A stretch of 51,443 nucleotides of DNA, from contig DASQAW010000382.1 in assembly GCA_035635495.1 (NCBI GenBank), forward strand, positions 1 to 51,443. Direction: 5' to 3'. Shown one piece after another: positions 12,348 to 26,437 of the stretch. Numbering within the stretch: position 1 is the first letter of the stretch; every line of letters begins with the position of its first letter. The notes beneath the pieces are model-generated. The model saw only the letters and a list, made by a program, of their open reading frames with translations. It was not told the origin of the DNA and ran no database searches. Source of the DNA: Burkholderiales bacterium. Lineage in GTDB: Bacteria; Pseudomonadota; Gammaproteobacteria; Burkholderiales; SG8-39. Made by a program: the position numbers and the translations under genes.

Positions 12348-12949
12348 CGCTCGCTCTGCCGCGGCTCGCGGCTTTCCACCGGCGCCGGCAACTGCCGCGG
12401 CCGCACCGTAAAGCGCTTCCACGGCGAATCGAGCTGCAGCTCGCGGCTGGTCAGCGCGCTCAGCTGGAAGGGCTTGGGAAGAAGCGTCGTATCGAGGCGC
12501 ATGCGCACAGCCGCCTCGTAATCGGCGTCGGCGAACGTCACCGTGCGATCCACCACCAGCCAGCTGCGTATGCGTTTGAGCACATTGAGCGCTTCATCCA
12601 GCGTCGCGAAACTCTGCTGCAGGAGCCCGGTCGAGAGCCGGTACTGCCGCGACAGCGCATGATAGGACAGCCGCAGATGCAGGCGATTCGCAGCCGCAGT
12701 CTCGTCGAACCAGTACCAGCGGCGCCGGGTGAGCTCGAAGTCGACACGGAAGTAAAGGGGCACCCCGTTGGCCACCACCTCGGAAAGCCGGGGGCTCAGC
12801 TCAAAGTCGAAGTCGGCATCCAGGACCAGGCCTTCCTCGACGGCGCGCAGGCGGACGTCGCGCACCTCGATCTCGTCCGCGCGTGCGGGCGCGGCCGCCA
12901 GCAGAGCGAGCCATCCGATGCACAGTGCGATGGCCCGCATCGCGGTCAC
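12344..12949 (-). CDS. DUF4390 domain protein (secreted/periplasmic)
   Basis: 201-aa ORF with a signal peptide (AIALCIGWLALLAAAPARA) and LYFRVDFELTRRRWYWFDE. Its position between rsmB and the NtrY-like kinase is, as I recall, conserved in betaproteobacteria. Confidence 0.75.
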   Translation of the reverse strand: MTAMRAIALCIGWLALLAAAPARADEIEVRDVRLRAVEEGLVLDADFDFELSPRLSEVVANGVPLYFRVDFELTRRRWYWFDETAAANRLHLRLSYHALSRQYRLSTGLLQQSFATLDEALNVLKRIRSWLVVDRTVTFADADYEAAVRMRLDTTLLPKPFQLSALTSRELQLDSPWKRFTVRPRQLPAPVESREPRQSER

Positions 12950-12950
12950 G

Positions 12951-14219
12951 TCAAGCTCGTTTTGCGATCAACGCGTAATAGAAGCCGTCGTGCTCGTCAT
13001 CGGGCAGCCACTGCGCCGGCGCGCCGTCCGCCGCAGGCAGGCGCAGCGCCGCCGGCTCGGCGGCGATGAAGGCCTCGATGACCGCATCGTTCTCCTGCGG
13101 GAAGACCGAGCAGGTGGCATACAGCAATTTACCACCCGGTGCGAGCACCCGCCAAAGCCCGGCCAGGATGGCGCGCTGTCGCTCGGCGAAAGCCGGTACA
13201 TCGGCTGCGCGGCGCAGCCATTTCACGTCGGGATGCCGGCGCGCGATGCCGGAGGCGGAGCAGGGCACGTCGGCGAGGATGCGATCAAAGGGACGCCCAT
13301 CCCACCAGTCCCCGGGGCGGCTCGCATCGGCCACCTTGATCTCCGCGCTGAGCCCGAGGCGCTGCAGGTTCGGGGCGATGCGCGCCGCGCGCGACGCGTC
13401 GATCTCGAGCGCGGTGAGCGCGACGTCGGCAAGCTCCAGGAGGTGCCCGCTCTTGCCGCCGGGCGCGGCGCACGCGTCGAGCACGCGCTGGCCGGCGTGC
13501 AGGTCGAGGCAGTGCGCCGCGCGCTGCGCGCCCGCGTCCTGTACCGAGACTTCGCCGGCGGCGAAGCCGGGGAGGCGCTCGATCGGCAGCGGCCGCTCCA
13601 CCAGCAGGCCCTCCGCGCCTACGCGGCGCACCGCGATGCCCTGCAGTGCCAGCCTCGCGGCGTAGGCATCCACGGCAACGCGCCGCTGATTCACGCGCAG
13701 CGCCATCGGCGGGTGCGTGTTTCCCGCCGCGAGCACCTCCTGCCAGGCGCTCGGATAGGCCGCCCGCACGAGTTCGATCCACCAATCGGGATGCTGATGG
13801 GCAGCCCGCGGCTCGACCGCGAGTTGTGCTTCGAGGGTGCTTCGCTGCCGCAAGAAGGCGCGCAGCAACGCGTTGACGTAGCCCTTGGCCGGCCAGCGCT
13901 CGATCAATCCGCAGGCTTTCACCGCCTCGTCGACGACCGTGTGCTCGGCGTGCCTCGCCGAAGCGAGCGCGTAGAGTGCGCACCAGAGGAGCGCTTCGAC
14001 GGGCGCGTCCGGCCGTGCACGCCGCGACAGGCGCTCGACGATCGATTGCACGCGTCCATAGCGGCGGAGCGTGCCGTGCGTGAGATCGATCAGCGCCGAG
14101 CGCGAGTCCATTTCGCTCACGCGGCCGATCTCCTCACTCAGGCTCTTCCCGGCAGCGACGCGCGCCACGATGCGCGCCGCGTCCGCAAGCTGCGCGGCGA
14201 GAGTGGCAGACTGCTTCAC
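12951..14219 (-). CDS. rsmB: 16S rRNA (cytosine967-C5)-methyltransferase RsmB (Sun)
   Basis: NusB-like N-domain plus AdoMet MTase motifs (VLDACAAPGGKS, DRILADVPCSASG, GGKLLYATCS). I chose GTG 14219, which gives a GTGA overlap with the fmt stop; the track ORF extends to 14330. Confidence 0.9.
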   Translation of the reverse strand: MKQSATLAAQLADAARIVARVAAGKSLSEEIGRVSEMDSRSALIDLTHGTLRRYGRVQSIVERLSRRARPDAPVEALLWCALYALASARHAEHTVVDEAVKACGLIERWPAKGYVNALLRAFLRQRSTLEAQLAVEPRAAHQHPDWWIELVRAAYPSAWQEVLAAGNTHPPMALRVNQRRVAVDAYAARLALQGIAVRRVGAEGLLVERPLPIERLPGFAAGEVSVQDAGAQRAAHCLDLHAGQRVLDACAAPGGKSGHLLELADVALTALEIDASRAARIAPNLQRLGLSAEIKVADASRPGDWWDGRPFDRILADVPCSASGIARRHPDVKWLRRAADVPAFAERQRAILAGLWRVLAPGGKLLYATCSVFPQENDAVIEAFIAAEPAALRLPAADGAPAQWLPDDEHDGFYYALIAKRA

Positions 14220-15136
14220 GCGAGGCGCGTGCCGGGCGCGACGCGCCGTCCGCGAAGGAACTCGCCGACACTCATCCGTCGGCCGCCAGCGGGCTGCAGC
14301 TCGGTGATGGCGAGCGCATCGCGACCGCAAGCCACGAGGAGCACTTGGGCGCTTTCGAGCACCGTCCCGGGAGCGCCGTCGCCCTGTGCAACACGCGCGC
14401 GCCAGATCTTCGTCGGCTGATCCGCAAGCTGCGCCTGCGCGCCCGGCGATGGGCGGAAGGCGCGCACGGCACGCTCGAGTTCCGCGGCAGGGCGCTCCCA
14501 GCGCAGCTGTGTTTCCGGCTTTTCGACCTTACGAGCATAGGTCGCCCCGTCCGCGGCTTGGGGCGTTGGCCGCGCCGTGCCGTTGGCGATGCTCGGCAGC
14601 ACCTCCACTAGCGCTTCGGCACCCAGTTCGGCGAGCTTGTCGTGCAGCGTGCCGGCATCATCATCGGCTTCGATGGGGAGACGGCGCTGCGCGAACACGG
14701 GTCCGGTATCGAGGCCTGCATCCATCTGCATGATCGACACACCGGTTTCGCGCTCACCGGCCAGGAGGGCGCGTTGAATCGGCGCGGCGCCGCGCCAGCG
14801 CGGCAACAGCGAAGCATGGATGTTGATTGCGCCGTGCGCCGCGGCGCCCAATACCTCCGGCGGGAGGAGCAGTCCGTACGCAGCGACCACCATGGCGTCG
14901 GCGCGCGCGTCGCGCAGACGCCCGAGCGCCTCGGGTGCGCGCAACGTTGCTGGCTGAAACACTTCGAGACCGCGGCGTTGGGCCAAAGTTTTGACCGGAC
15001 TCGGGGTACTCCGCATGCCGCGGCCTGCCGGCCGGTCCGGCTGCGTCAGAACCAGTGCGACCTCATGCCCGGCGTCGAGCAGGCGCGAGAGGGCGCGCTC
15101 GGCGAACGCCGGGGTCCCGGCGAAGATTAGGCGCAG
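14216..15136 (-). CDS. fmt: Methionyl-tRNA formyltransferase (start codon uncertain, probably CTG 15136)
   Basis: The track ORF (14216..15016) starts at an internal Met. The in-frame upstream sequence reads LRLIFAGTPAFAERALSRLLDAGHEVALVLTQPDRPAGRG, the conserved Fmt N-terminus. Between the in-frame TGA and that motif there is no ATG, GTG or TTG; a CTG lies at 15134-15136. Confidence 0.85.
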   Translation of the reverse strand: MRLIFAGTPAFAERALSRLLDAGHEVALVLTQPDRPAGRGMRSTPSPVKTLAQRRGLEVFQPATLRAPEALGRLRDARADAMVVAAYGLLLPPEVLGAAAHGAINIHASLLPRWRGAAPIQRALLAGERETGVSIMQMDAGLDTGPVFAQRRLPIEADDDAGTLHDKLAELGAEALVEVLPSIANGTARPTPQAADGATYARKVEKPETQLRWERPAAELERAVRAFRPSPGAQAQLADQPTKIWRARVAQGDGAPGTVLESAQVLLVACGRDALAITELQPAGGRRMSVGEFLRGRRVAPGTRLA

Positions 15137-15149
15137 GAACGCGGAGCGA

Positions 15150-15653
15150 TCAGGCGGACTTGCGCAGCTGCTTGGCGAGCTTGGCGCGGATGCGCTGCTG
15201 CTTCAACTGCGACAGGTGTTCGACGAAAACCTTGCCCTGCAGGTGATCCATCTCGTGCTGGATGCACACCGCGAGCAGCCCTTGTGCCTCGAGCGTGAAC
15301 GCATTGCCGTTCTGGTCGTAGGCACGCACCTTCACCCGCTCCGACCGCGGCACGAGTTCGTAGATGCCCGGAACCGAGAGGCAGCCCTCCTCGATGTCCG
15401 ATTCGCCCGTCGCTTCGACGATCTCGGGATTGACGAGCACCACGAGCGAATCACGGCGCTCGGAAACGTCGACGACGATCACCTGCTTGTGCACGTCGAC
15501 TTGGGTCGCCGCCAAGCCAATCCCGGGCGCGGCGTACATGGTTTCGGCCATCTCGGCGACGAGTTTCTTCAGTCCGTCATCGAAAACGGTGACGGGCGCA
15601 GCCAGCTTGTGGAGCCGGGCGTCGGGGTAGCGGAGGATGTTCAAGATCGCCAT
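15150..15653 (-). CDS. def: Peptide deformylase
   Basis: 167 aa with [17 protein letters not shown] and QHEMDHLQG metal-site motifs. Confidence 0.96.
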   Translation of the reverse strand: MAILNILRYPDARLHKLAAPVTVFDDGLKKLVAEMAETMYAAPGIGLAATQVDVHKQVIVVDVSERRDSLVVLVNPEIVEATGESDIEEGCLSVPGIYELVPRSERVKVRAYDQNGNAFTLEAQGLLAVCIQHEMDHLQGKVFVEHLSQLKQQRIRAKLAKQLRKSA

Positions 15654-15764
15654 CGGAAGACAAATTTATTTGCAAATTGAATAGATTATATGGACAATCT
15701 CAGGCGCCATATAAGCTATTGGAAACAACGGCCGATCCAGGAGCCAAAAACGGGCGGGGTCACC

Positions 15765-16865
15765 ATGGTCCAGCAATTGCGTAAGTCTATCACAACACTC
15801 GTTTTCTTCGCGATCTCGGCCTCCGCATTCGCCCAGGCGCCGAGCGCTCCGCTGACGCTCCGCCCAGACGCCCCCGACCGCTATGTCGTGGTCCCAGGGG
15901 ATACCCTATGGTCGATTTCGCAGCGCTATACGGACTCTCCCTGGCGCTGGCCCGAGCTCTGGGGCCTCAACAAGGAGCAGATCCGAAACCCCCACCTCAT
16001 CTATCCCGGCTATGTGATCGTGCTTGACCGCGCCCGCGGCCAGCTGACGATCGGGGGCGCTCCCGCTCCCGCGCCTGAGCCCGGCCCCGCGGCCGGCCGG
16101 CCGGCCGAACAGCCCGGCAGCGTCAAGCTCGGCCCGCGCATCCGCGCCGACTCGCTCGCGAAGGAGCAAATCCCGAGCATTCCGGCGGCGGCGATCGAGC
16201 CATTCCTCACACGTCCGCTCATTGTCGAGCCCGACGGGCTCGACAAGGCACCCACCATCGTCGGCACGCAGGCCGACCGCGTCATCCTCGCGACCGGAAA
16301 CGCTGCTTACGTGCGAGGCATGGGCGCCTCCAAGGAAGAGTCCTGGTACGTCTATCGGCGCGGCGGGCCGCTCGTCGATCCCGACAGCAACCAGACGCTT
16401 GCGTACGAAGCGATCTATCTCGGCACGGCACAGCTCCAGCGCGGCGGGGACCCCGCGACGGTCGTGCTGACGAGCGCCGTGCAAGAGGTTGGCGCGGGCG
16501 ACAAGCTGATCGCGGCCGGACGGCCGCAGCCGATCAGCTACGCGCCGCACGCGCCCACCGCCGACATTCGAGGCCGAGTGATTTCGATCCACGGCGGGAC
16601 CGGACAGGTCGGCGAGGCGGGCCCGCAGCAGATCATCACCATCAACCGCGGCGCGCGTGATGGTCTCGAGGTCGGACATGTTCTCGCGCTCTACAGCCTG
16701 GGCGGCAGCGTGCGCGACGTATCGCAGCGCGATGCGACCATCAAGCTGCCCGACGAGCGCGCCGGCCTCGCCTTTGTGTTCCGCGTCTTCAACCGCGTGT
16801 CCTACGCGCTGGTGATGACCATCACGCGACCGATCAGCCCCCGGGATGTCGTCCAGACGCCCTGA
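15765..16865 (+). CDS. LysM peptidoglycan-binding domain protein (secreted)
   Basis: Signal peptide LVFFAISASAFAQAP, then the LysM motif YVVVPGDTLWSISQRY. I chose ATG 15765 over the track start at 15690. Divergent from def, as in many proteobacteria. Confidence 0.8.
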   Translation: MVQQLRKSITTLVFFAISASAFAQAPSAPLTLRPDAPDRYVVVPGDTLWSISQRYTDSPWRWPELWGLNKEQIRNPHLIYPGYVIVLDRARGQLTIGGAPAPAPEPGPAAGRPAEQPGSVKLGPRIRADSLAKEQIPSIPAAAIEPFLTRPLIVEPDGLDKAPTIVGTQADRVILATGNAAYVRGMGASKEESWYVYRRGGPLVDPDSNQTLAYEAIYLGTAQLQRGGDPATVVLTSAVQEVGAGDKLIAAGRPQPISYAPHAPTADIRGRVISIHGGTGQVGEAGPQQIITINRGARDGLEVGHVLALYSLGGSVRDVSQRDATIKLPDERAGLAFVFRVFNRVSYALVMTITRPISPRDVVQTP

Positions 16866-16880
16866 CGGCCCACCGCCGGC

Positions 16881-17990
16881 ATGACCCCGGACCCGGGACT
16901 CGCGAGCTGGCTGCAACTCTCCCTAACACCCGGGCTCGGCGCTTCCACCCTCCGCAATCTCCTTCGGCAGTTCGGGTTGCCCGAGGCCGTGCTCGCGCGC
17001 CCGCGCGCCGAGCTCGCCTCTCTCATGGGAGCAGGGACGCTCGAAGCGTTGCACTCGCCGCGCGTGCGGGAGGCAGTCGAGCGCGCGCTCGAATGGGCCG
17101 CCGTCGAGTCGCATTTCGTCATCACCCTCGCCGACGACACTTACCCGCGCACGCTTCTGGAGATCGCGGATCCGCCGCCGTTGCTCTTCGCGCACGGCCG
17201 CGTACAGCTGCTGCGCCCGCCGGCGCTCGCCATCGTCGGCAGCCGCAATGCCTCAGCGCAGGGCGAGCGCAACGCAGAAGAATTCGCCCGCTCGCTCAGC
17301 GCGGCGGGCTTGACCATCGTCTCCGGACTCGCCCTCGGCATCGACGCCGCAGCGCACCGCGGCGGCCTGGCTGGCGGCGCCTCGACCATCGCGGTGCTCG
17401 GTACCGGCATCGACGTCGTCTATCCGACGCGCAACGCCGAGCTCGCCGCGGAGATCGCGCGCGGCGGGCTGCTGGTTTCGGAATTTCCATTGGGCACGCC
17501 GGCCATCGCGCACAACTTTCCGCGGCGCAACCGGCTGATCAGCGGGCTGGCGCGCGGCTGCCTGGTCGTCGAGGCGGCGGTCGCCTCGGGCTCGCTGATC
17601 ACGGCGCGCTGCGCAGCCGATCAGGGACGCGAGGTGTTCGCGATCCCGGGTTCCATTCACTCGCCGCTGTCGAAGGGCTGCCACGCGCTCATCAAGTCGG
17701 GCGCCAAGCTCGTCGAGTCTGCCGAGGACGTGCTGGCGGAGCTCGGCGGCTTCCGTCCGAGCGGCTATGCGAGCACGGCGGCCAGCACGGCGGTAAGCCC
17801 GCCGCAGAACGACAGCCGGCTGCTCGCCGTCATGGGACACGATCCGGTGGACGTCGATTCGCTTTGTGCGCGCGCGGGGCTTTCGGCGGAGCAAGTGGCG
17901 TCGGAACTCTTGCGCCTAGAGCTCGACGGGCGGGTGACCGCGCTGCCGGGAGGGCTTTATCAGCGCCTCGAAAAGGCGCAACGCGGGTAA
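16881..17990 (+). CDS. dprA: DNA processing protein DprA (Smf)
   Basis: 369 aa with LAIVGSRNAS, SGLALGIDAAAHRG, FPRRNRLISGL and VVEAAVASGSLITA. Confidence 0.93.
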   Translation: MTPDPGLASWLQLSLTPGLGASTLRNLLRQFGLPEAVLARPRAELASLMGAGTLEALHSPRVREAVERALEWAAVESHFVITLADDTYPRTLLEIADPPPLLFAHGRVQLLRPPALAIVGSRNASAQGERNAEEFARSLSAAGLTIVSGLALGIDAAAHRGGLAGGASTIAVLGTGIDVVYPTRNAELAAEIARGGLLVSEFPLGTPAIAHNFPRRNRLISGLARGCLVVEAAVASGSLITARCAADQGREVFAIPGSIHSPLSKGCHALIKSGAKLVESAEDVLAELGGFRPSGYASTAASTAVSPPQNDSRLLAVMGHDPVDVDSLCARAGLSAEQVASELLRLELDGRVTALPGGLYQRLEKAQRG

Positions 17991-18028
17991 ACGCCAGGCG
18001 CCTGCCCGCGTTATAAGAAAGGAGCGCT

Positions 18029-18490
18029 ATGTACGATATCCTGGTCTACCTGTTCGAGAACTGCCAGCAGGCCGAGCTGGCCGATGACCGCGAGCGCGTC
18101 GCGCGCAAGCTTTCGGCGGCCGGCTTCGAGGATGCCGACATCAGCGAGGCGCTGCACTGGCTTGCCGGCGTGCTGCGCGCGCCGCACGGCGGCGCACGCG
18201 CTGCACTGCCGGATGCGCGCGCGAGCTTCCGCGCGTTCGCGCCGCGCGAGCTCGCCAAGCTGGACGCCGAATGCCGCGGCTTTCTCATCACGCTCGAGCA
18301 CTCGGGCATTCTGACCGCGGAGACGCGCGAGCTGGTGCTCGAGCGCTCGCTCGCCGCCTCGGGCCACTCGCTCTCGCTCGACCAGCTGAAGCTGATCGTG
18401 CTCATGGTCCTCTGGAACCAGCAGACGCCCACCAGCCAGCTCTTGGCCGAGGACTTGTTCAGCGCGGCGCACAGCCGCCTGCCGAACTAG
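18029..18490 (+). CDS. smg: Smg protein (DUF494)
   Basis: MYDILVYLFENCQQAEL... is a typical Smg N-terminus. It sits between dprA and a topoisomerase gene. Confidence 0.88.
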   Translation: MYDILVYLFENCQQAELADDRERVARKLSAAGFEDADISEALHWLAGVLRAPHGGARAALPDARASFRAFAPRELAKLDAECRGFLITLEHSGILTAETRELVLERSLAASGHSLSLDQLKLIVLMVLWNQQTPTSQLLAEDLFSAAHSRLPN

Positions 18491-18498
18491 ATAGCCTC

Positions 18499-18523
18499 GC
18501 GTACGCGCGCACGCGCGCGCGTA
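18499..18523 (+). other. 25-nt strictly alternating purine/pyrimidine tract containing a 9-bp GC hairpin, downstream of smg
   Basis: The tract GCGTACGCGCGCACGCGCGCGCGTA spans 18499-18523. Within it, TACGCGCGC (18502-18510) pairs with GCGCGCGTA (18515-18523) around loop ACGC. There is no T-tract. Confidence 0.35.
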
Positions 18524-18584
18524 GGAGGGCGGCGGTTGAAGCGGCCCGTCCTTTGCAATTATCATCTGCGGCCTTTCGCGCGGC

Positions 18585-24562
<5,978 letters not shown>

Positions 24563-24598
24563 TGTTGGTTATCTATCTATTTAGTAGTAGCTAATAGA
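24563..24598. other. AT-rich tract (10 G/C in 36 nt) directly upstream of dnaN, containing TAGTAGTAG; candidate unwinding element
   Basis: TGTTGGTTATCTATCTATTTAGTAGTAGCTAATAGA stands out against the GC-rich surroundings. TAG x3 lies at 24582-24590, followed by the GC cluster GCCCGGGC at 24599-24606. Confidence 0.3.
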
Positions 24599-24733
24599 GC
24601 CCGGGCTTTCGCGGGACAACTCGCGAAACCCCTTTGCTTGCAGCGCTTTGTCGCTTGCCGGGCCCGTGGGGCAAGCTGTGGATGGCCTGTGATGCCTTGG
24701 GGACAGTTCGCCGCCGCTTTGCGCGCCGCCGAC

Positions 24734-24742
24734 TTATTCACA
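24734..24742 (+). promoter_or_regulatory. DnaA-box-like 9-mer TTATTCACA (fits TTATNCACA)
   Basis: In the dnaA-dnaN spacer. A weaker second site, TGTGGATGG (reverse complement CCATCCACA), lies at 24677-24685. Confidence 0.4.
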
Positions 24743-24779
24743 AATTGCGCGCCGGCCGCACACAGCTTGTTCCATGGGC

Positions 24780-26111
24780 TCAACCCTTGAGCACCTGCTC
24801 GAGAACCAGATAGTCCCGGTTCAGCGAGTTATCGCGGGTGCGCAGGCTCGCGATCGTGCGGCAGGCGTGCAGCACGGTCGTGTGATCGCGATTGCCGAAG
24901 GCCTCGCCGATTTCGGGCAGACTCATCTGCGTGAGGTCTTTGGCGAGCGCCATCGCCACCTGCCGCGGACGCGCCACGTTGCGGCTGCGCTTCTTCGAAT
25001 GCATGTCGGAGATCTTGATCTTGAAGTACTCGGCCACGGTCTTCTGGATGCCTTCAACGCTCACCTGCCGGCTGTTGAGGTTGAGGATGTCGCGCAGGGC
25101 CTCCTTGGCGAGGTCGAGCGACAGTTCCCGACCCGTGAAGCGGGCGAAAGCCAGCACTTTCTTAAGCGCGCCCTCGAGCTCGCGCACGTTGGAGCGGATA
25201 TGCTTCGCGATGAAGAACGCGATCTCCTCCGATACCGCGACCGCCTCGGCCTCGGCCTTCTTCAGGACGATGGCGACACGCATTTCGAGCTCGGGCGGCT
25301 CGATCGCGACGGTCAGACCCCAGCCGAAGCGCGAGATCAGGCGCTCCTCCATGCCCGCGATCTCCTTCGGGTAGGTATCGCAGGTGATCACGATCTGCTT
25401 GTGCGCCTCCACCAGGGCGTTGAAGGCGTAGAAAAACTCCTCCTGCGTACGGCCCTTGTTGGAGAAGAACTGGATGTCGTCGATCAGCAGGAGATCGAGC
25501 GAGTGGTAGTAGCGCTTGAACTCGTCGAAGGACTTCTGCTGGTAAGCGCGCACCACGTCGGTGACGTACTGCTCGGCGTGGATGTAGCGGATGCGTGCCT
25601 GCGGCCTGCGGTCGGCGACTTGGTTGCCGATCGCCTGCACCAGGTGCGTCTTGCCGAGGCCCACGCCCCCATAGACGAAGAGCGGGTTGTACGAGATGCC
25701 CGGGTTCTCGGCGACCTGGATGGCCGCAGCGCGCGCCAGCTGATTGGCCTTTCCGGTGACGAAGCTGTCGAACGAAAACCCGCGGTTCAGCCGGGAGCGC
25801 TCCTGTACGGGCGGCTCGGCGCTCGTGCGCGCGGCCGCAGCCTGCGGGGCGCGCGCCGGCGCATCAGCGCCGCGAGCGAGCACGAGGCGCAAGCCCAGCT
25901 CGCGCCCGCTTGCCTCGGCGGCGAGGCGCTCGATACGGGCGGCGAAGCGCTCGCGAACGAGCTCCAGCACGAAGCGATTCGGGGCCGTGAGTATCAGCGT
26001 GTCGTCGGGTGCACCCGTCTCGGGCGCGAGCGGCCGAATCCAGGTGTTGAACTGTTGCGCGGGCAGCTCCTGCTCGAGCCGACGCAGGCAGGCGTCCCAG
26101 AGGGTTTGCAT
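24780..26111 (-). CDS. dnaA: Chromosomal replication initiator DnaA
   Basis: 443 aa: [16 protein letters not shown] (Walker A), [18 protein letters not shown], and the domain IV DNA-binding helix ([10 protein letters not shown]). Confidence 0.98.
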   Translation of the reverse strand: MQTLWDACLRRLEQELPAQQFNTWIRPLAPETGAPDDTLILTAPNRFVLELVRERFAARIERLAAEASGRELGLRLVLARGADAPARAPQAAAARTSAEPPVQERSRLNRGFSFDSFVTGKANQLARAAAIQVAENPGISYNPLFVYGGVGLGKTHLVQAIGNQVADRRPQARIRYIHAEQYVTDVVRAYQQKSFDEFKRYYHSLDLLLIDDIQFFSNKGRTQEEFFYAFNALVEAHKQIVITCDTYPKEIAGMEERLISRFGWGLTVAIEPPELEMRVAIVLKKAEAEAVAVSEEIAFFIAKHIRSNVRELEGALKKVLAFARFTGRELSLDLAKEALRDILNLNSRQVSVEGIQKTVAEYFKIKISDMHSKKRSRNVARPRQVAMALAKDLTQMSLPEIGEAFGNRDHTTVLHACRTIASLRTRDNSLNRDYLVLEQVLKG

Positions 26112-26138
26112 CTTTTGTTGGGCCTAAAACGAGTCGAA

Positions 26139-26169
26139 ATTTTACTCGCTTCGCGACGGGTTATCCACA
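26139..26169 (-). promoter_or_regulatory. Perfect DnaA box TTATCCACA overlapping the -35 of a putative dnaA promoter
   Basis: TTATCCACA lies at 26161-26169. On the minus strand, TGGATA (26162-26167) is followed by a 17-nt spacer and then TAAAAT (26139-26144), about 28 nt upstream of the dnaA ATG (26111). Confidence 0.55.
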
Positions 26170-26212
26170 GCGCGCGGCGCGCAGCCACGGCGCGCGGCAC
26201 TCGTTTTTTGAT

Positions 26213-26242
26213 TTGACAATGGAATCCGGCGCACGCTCTAAT
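26213..26242 (+). promoter_or_regulatory. Putative sigma-70 promoter of rpmH
   Basis: TTGACA (26213-26218), 18-nt spacer, TCTAAT (26237-26242; 5/6 match to TATAAT). This places the transcription start near 26249, about 22 nt before the rpmH ATG. Confidence 0.55.
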
Positions 26243-26270
26243 ACCGCCCTTTTTCGCACTCGGACCAGCC

Positions 26271-26405
26271 ATGAAGCGCACTTACCAACCGTCCAAGACG
26301 CGGCGCGCGCGGCGCCACGGCTTTCTCGTGCGCAGTCGCACGCGCGGCGGACGCGCGGTGCTGCGCAACCGGCGCGCACGCGGTCGGCGTCGCGTCGGGC
26401 TGTAG
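26271..26405 (+). CDS. rpmH: 50S ribosomal protein L34 (44 aa; below the ORF-track length cutoff)
   Basis: My translation is [44 protein letters not shown], the canonical L34 sequence. Confidence 0.97.
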   Translation: MKRTYQPSKTRRARRHGFLVRSRTRGGRAVLRNRRARGRRRVGL

Positions 26406-26437
26406 CCGTTGTAGCGGCGGCAAAGAAGCGTTTCGGT

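Noticed and set aside
24607-24628. Inverted repeat TTTCGCG (24607-24613) / CGCGAAA (24622-24628) as a possible dnaA terminator.
   Set aside because: The stem is only 7 bp, there is no U-tract on the dnaA-sense strand, and it lies 150 nt beyond the stop. Evidence for a terminator call is insufficient.
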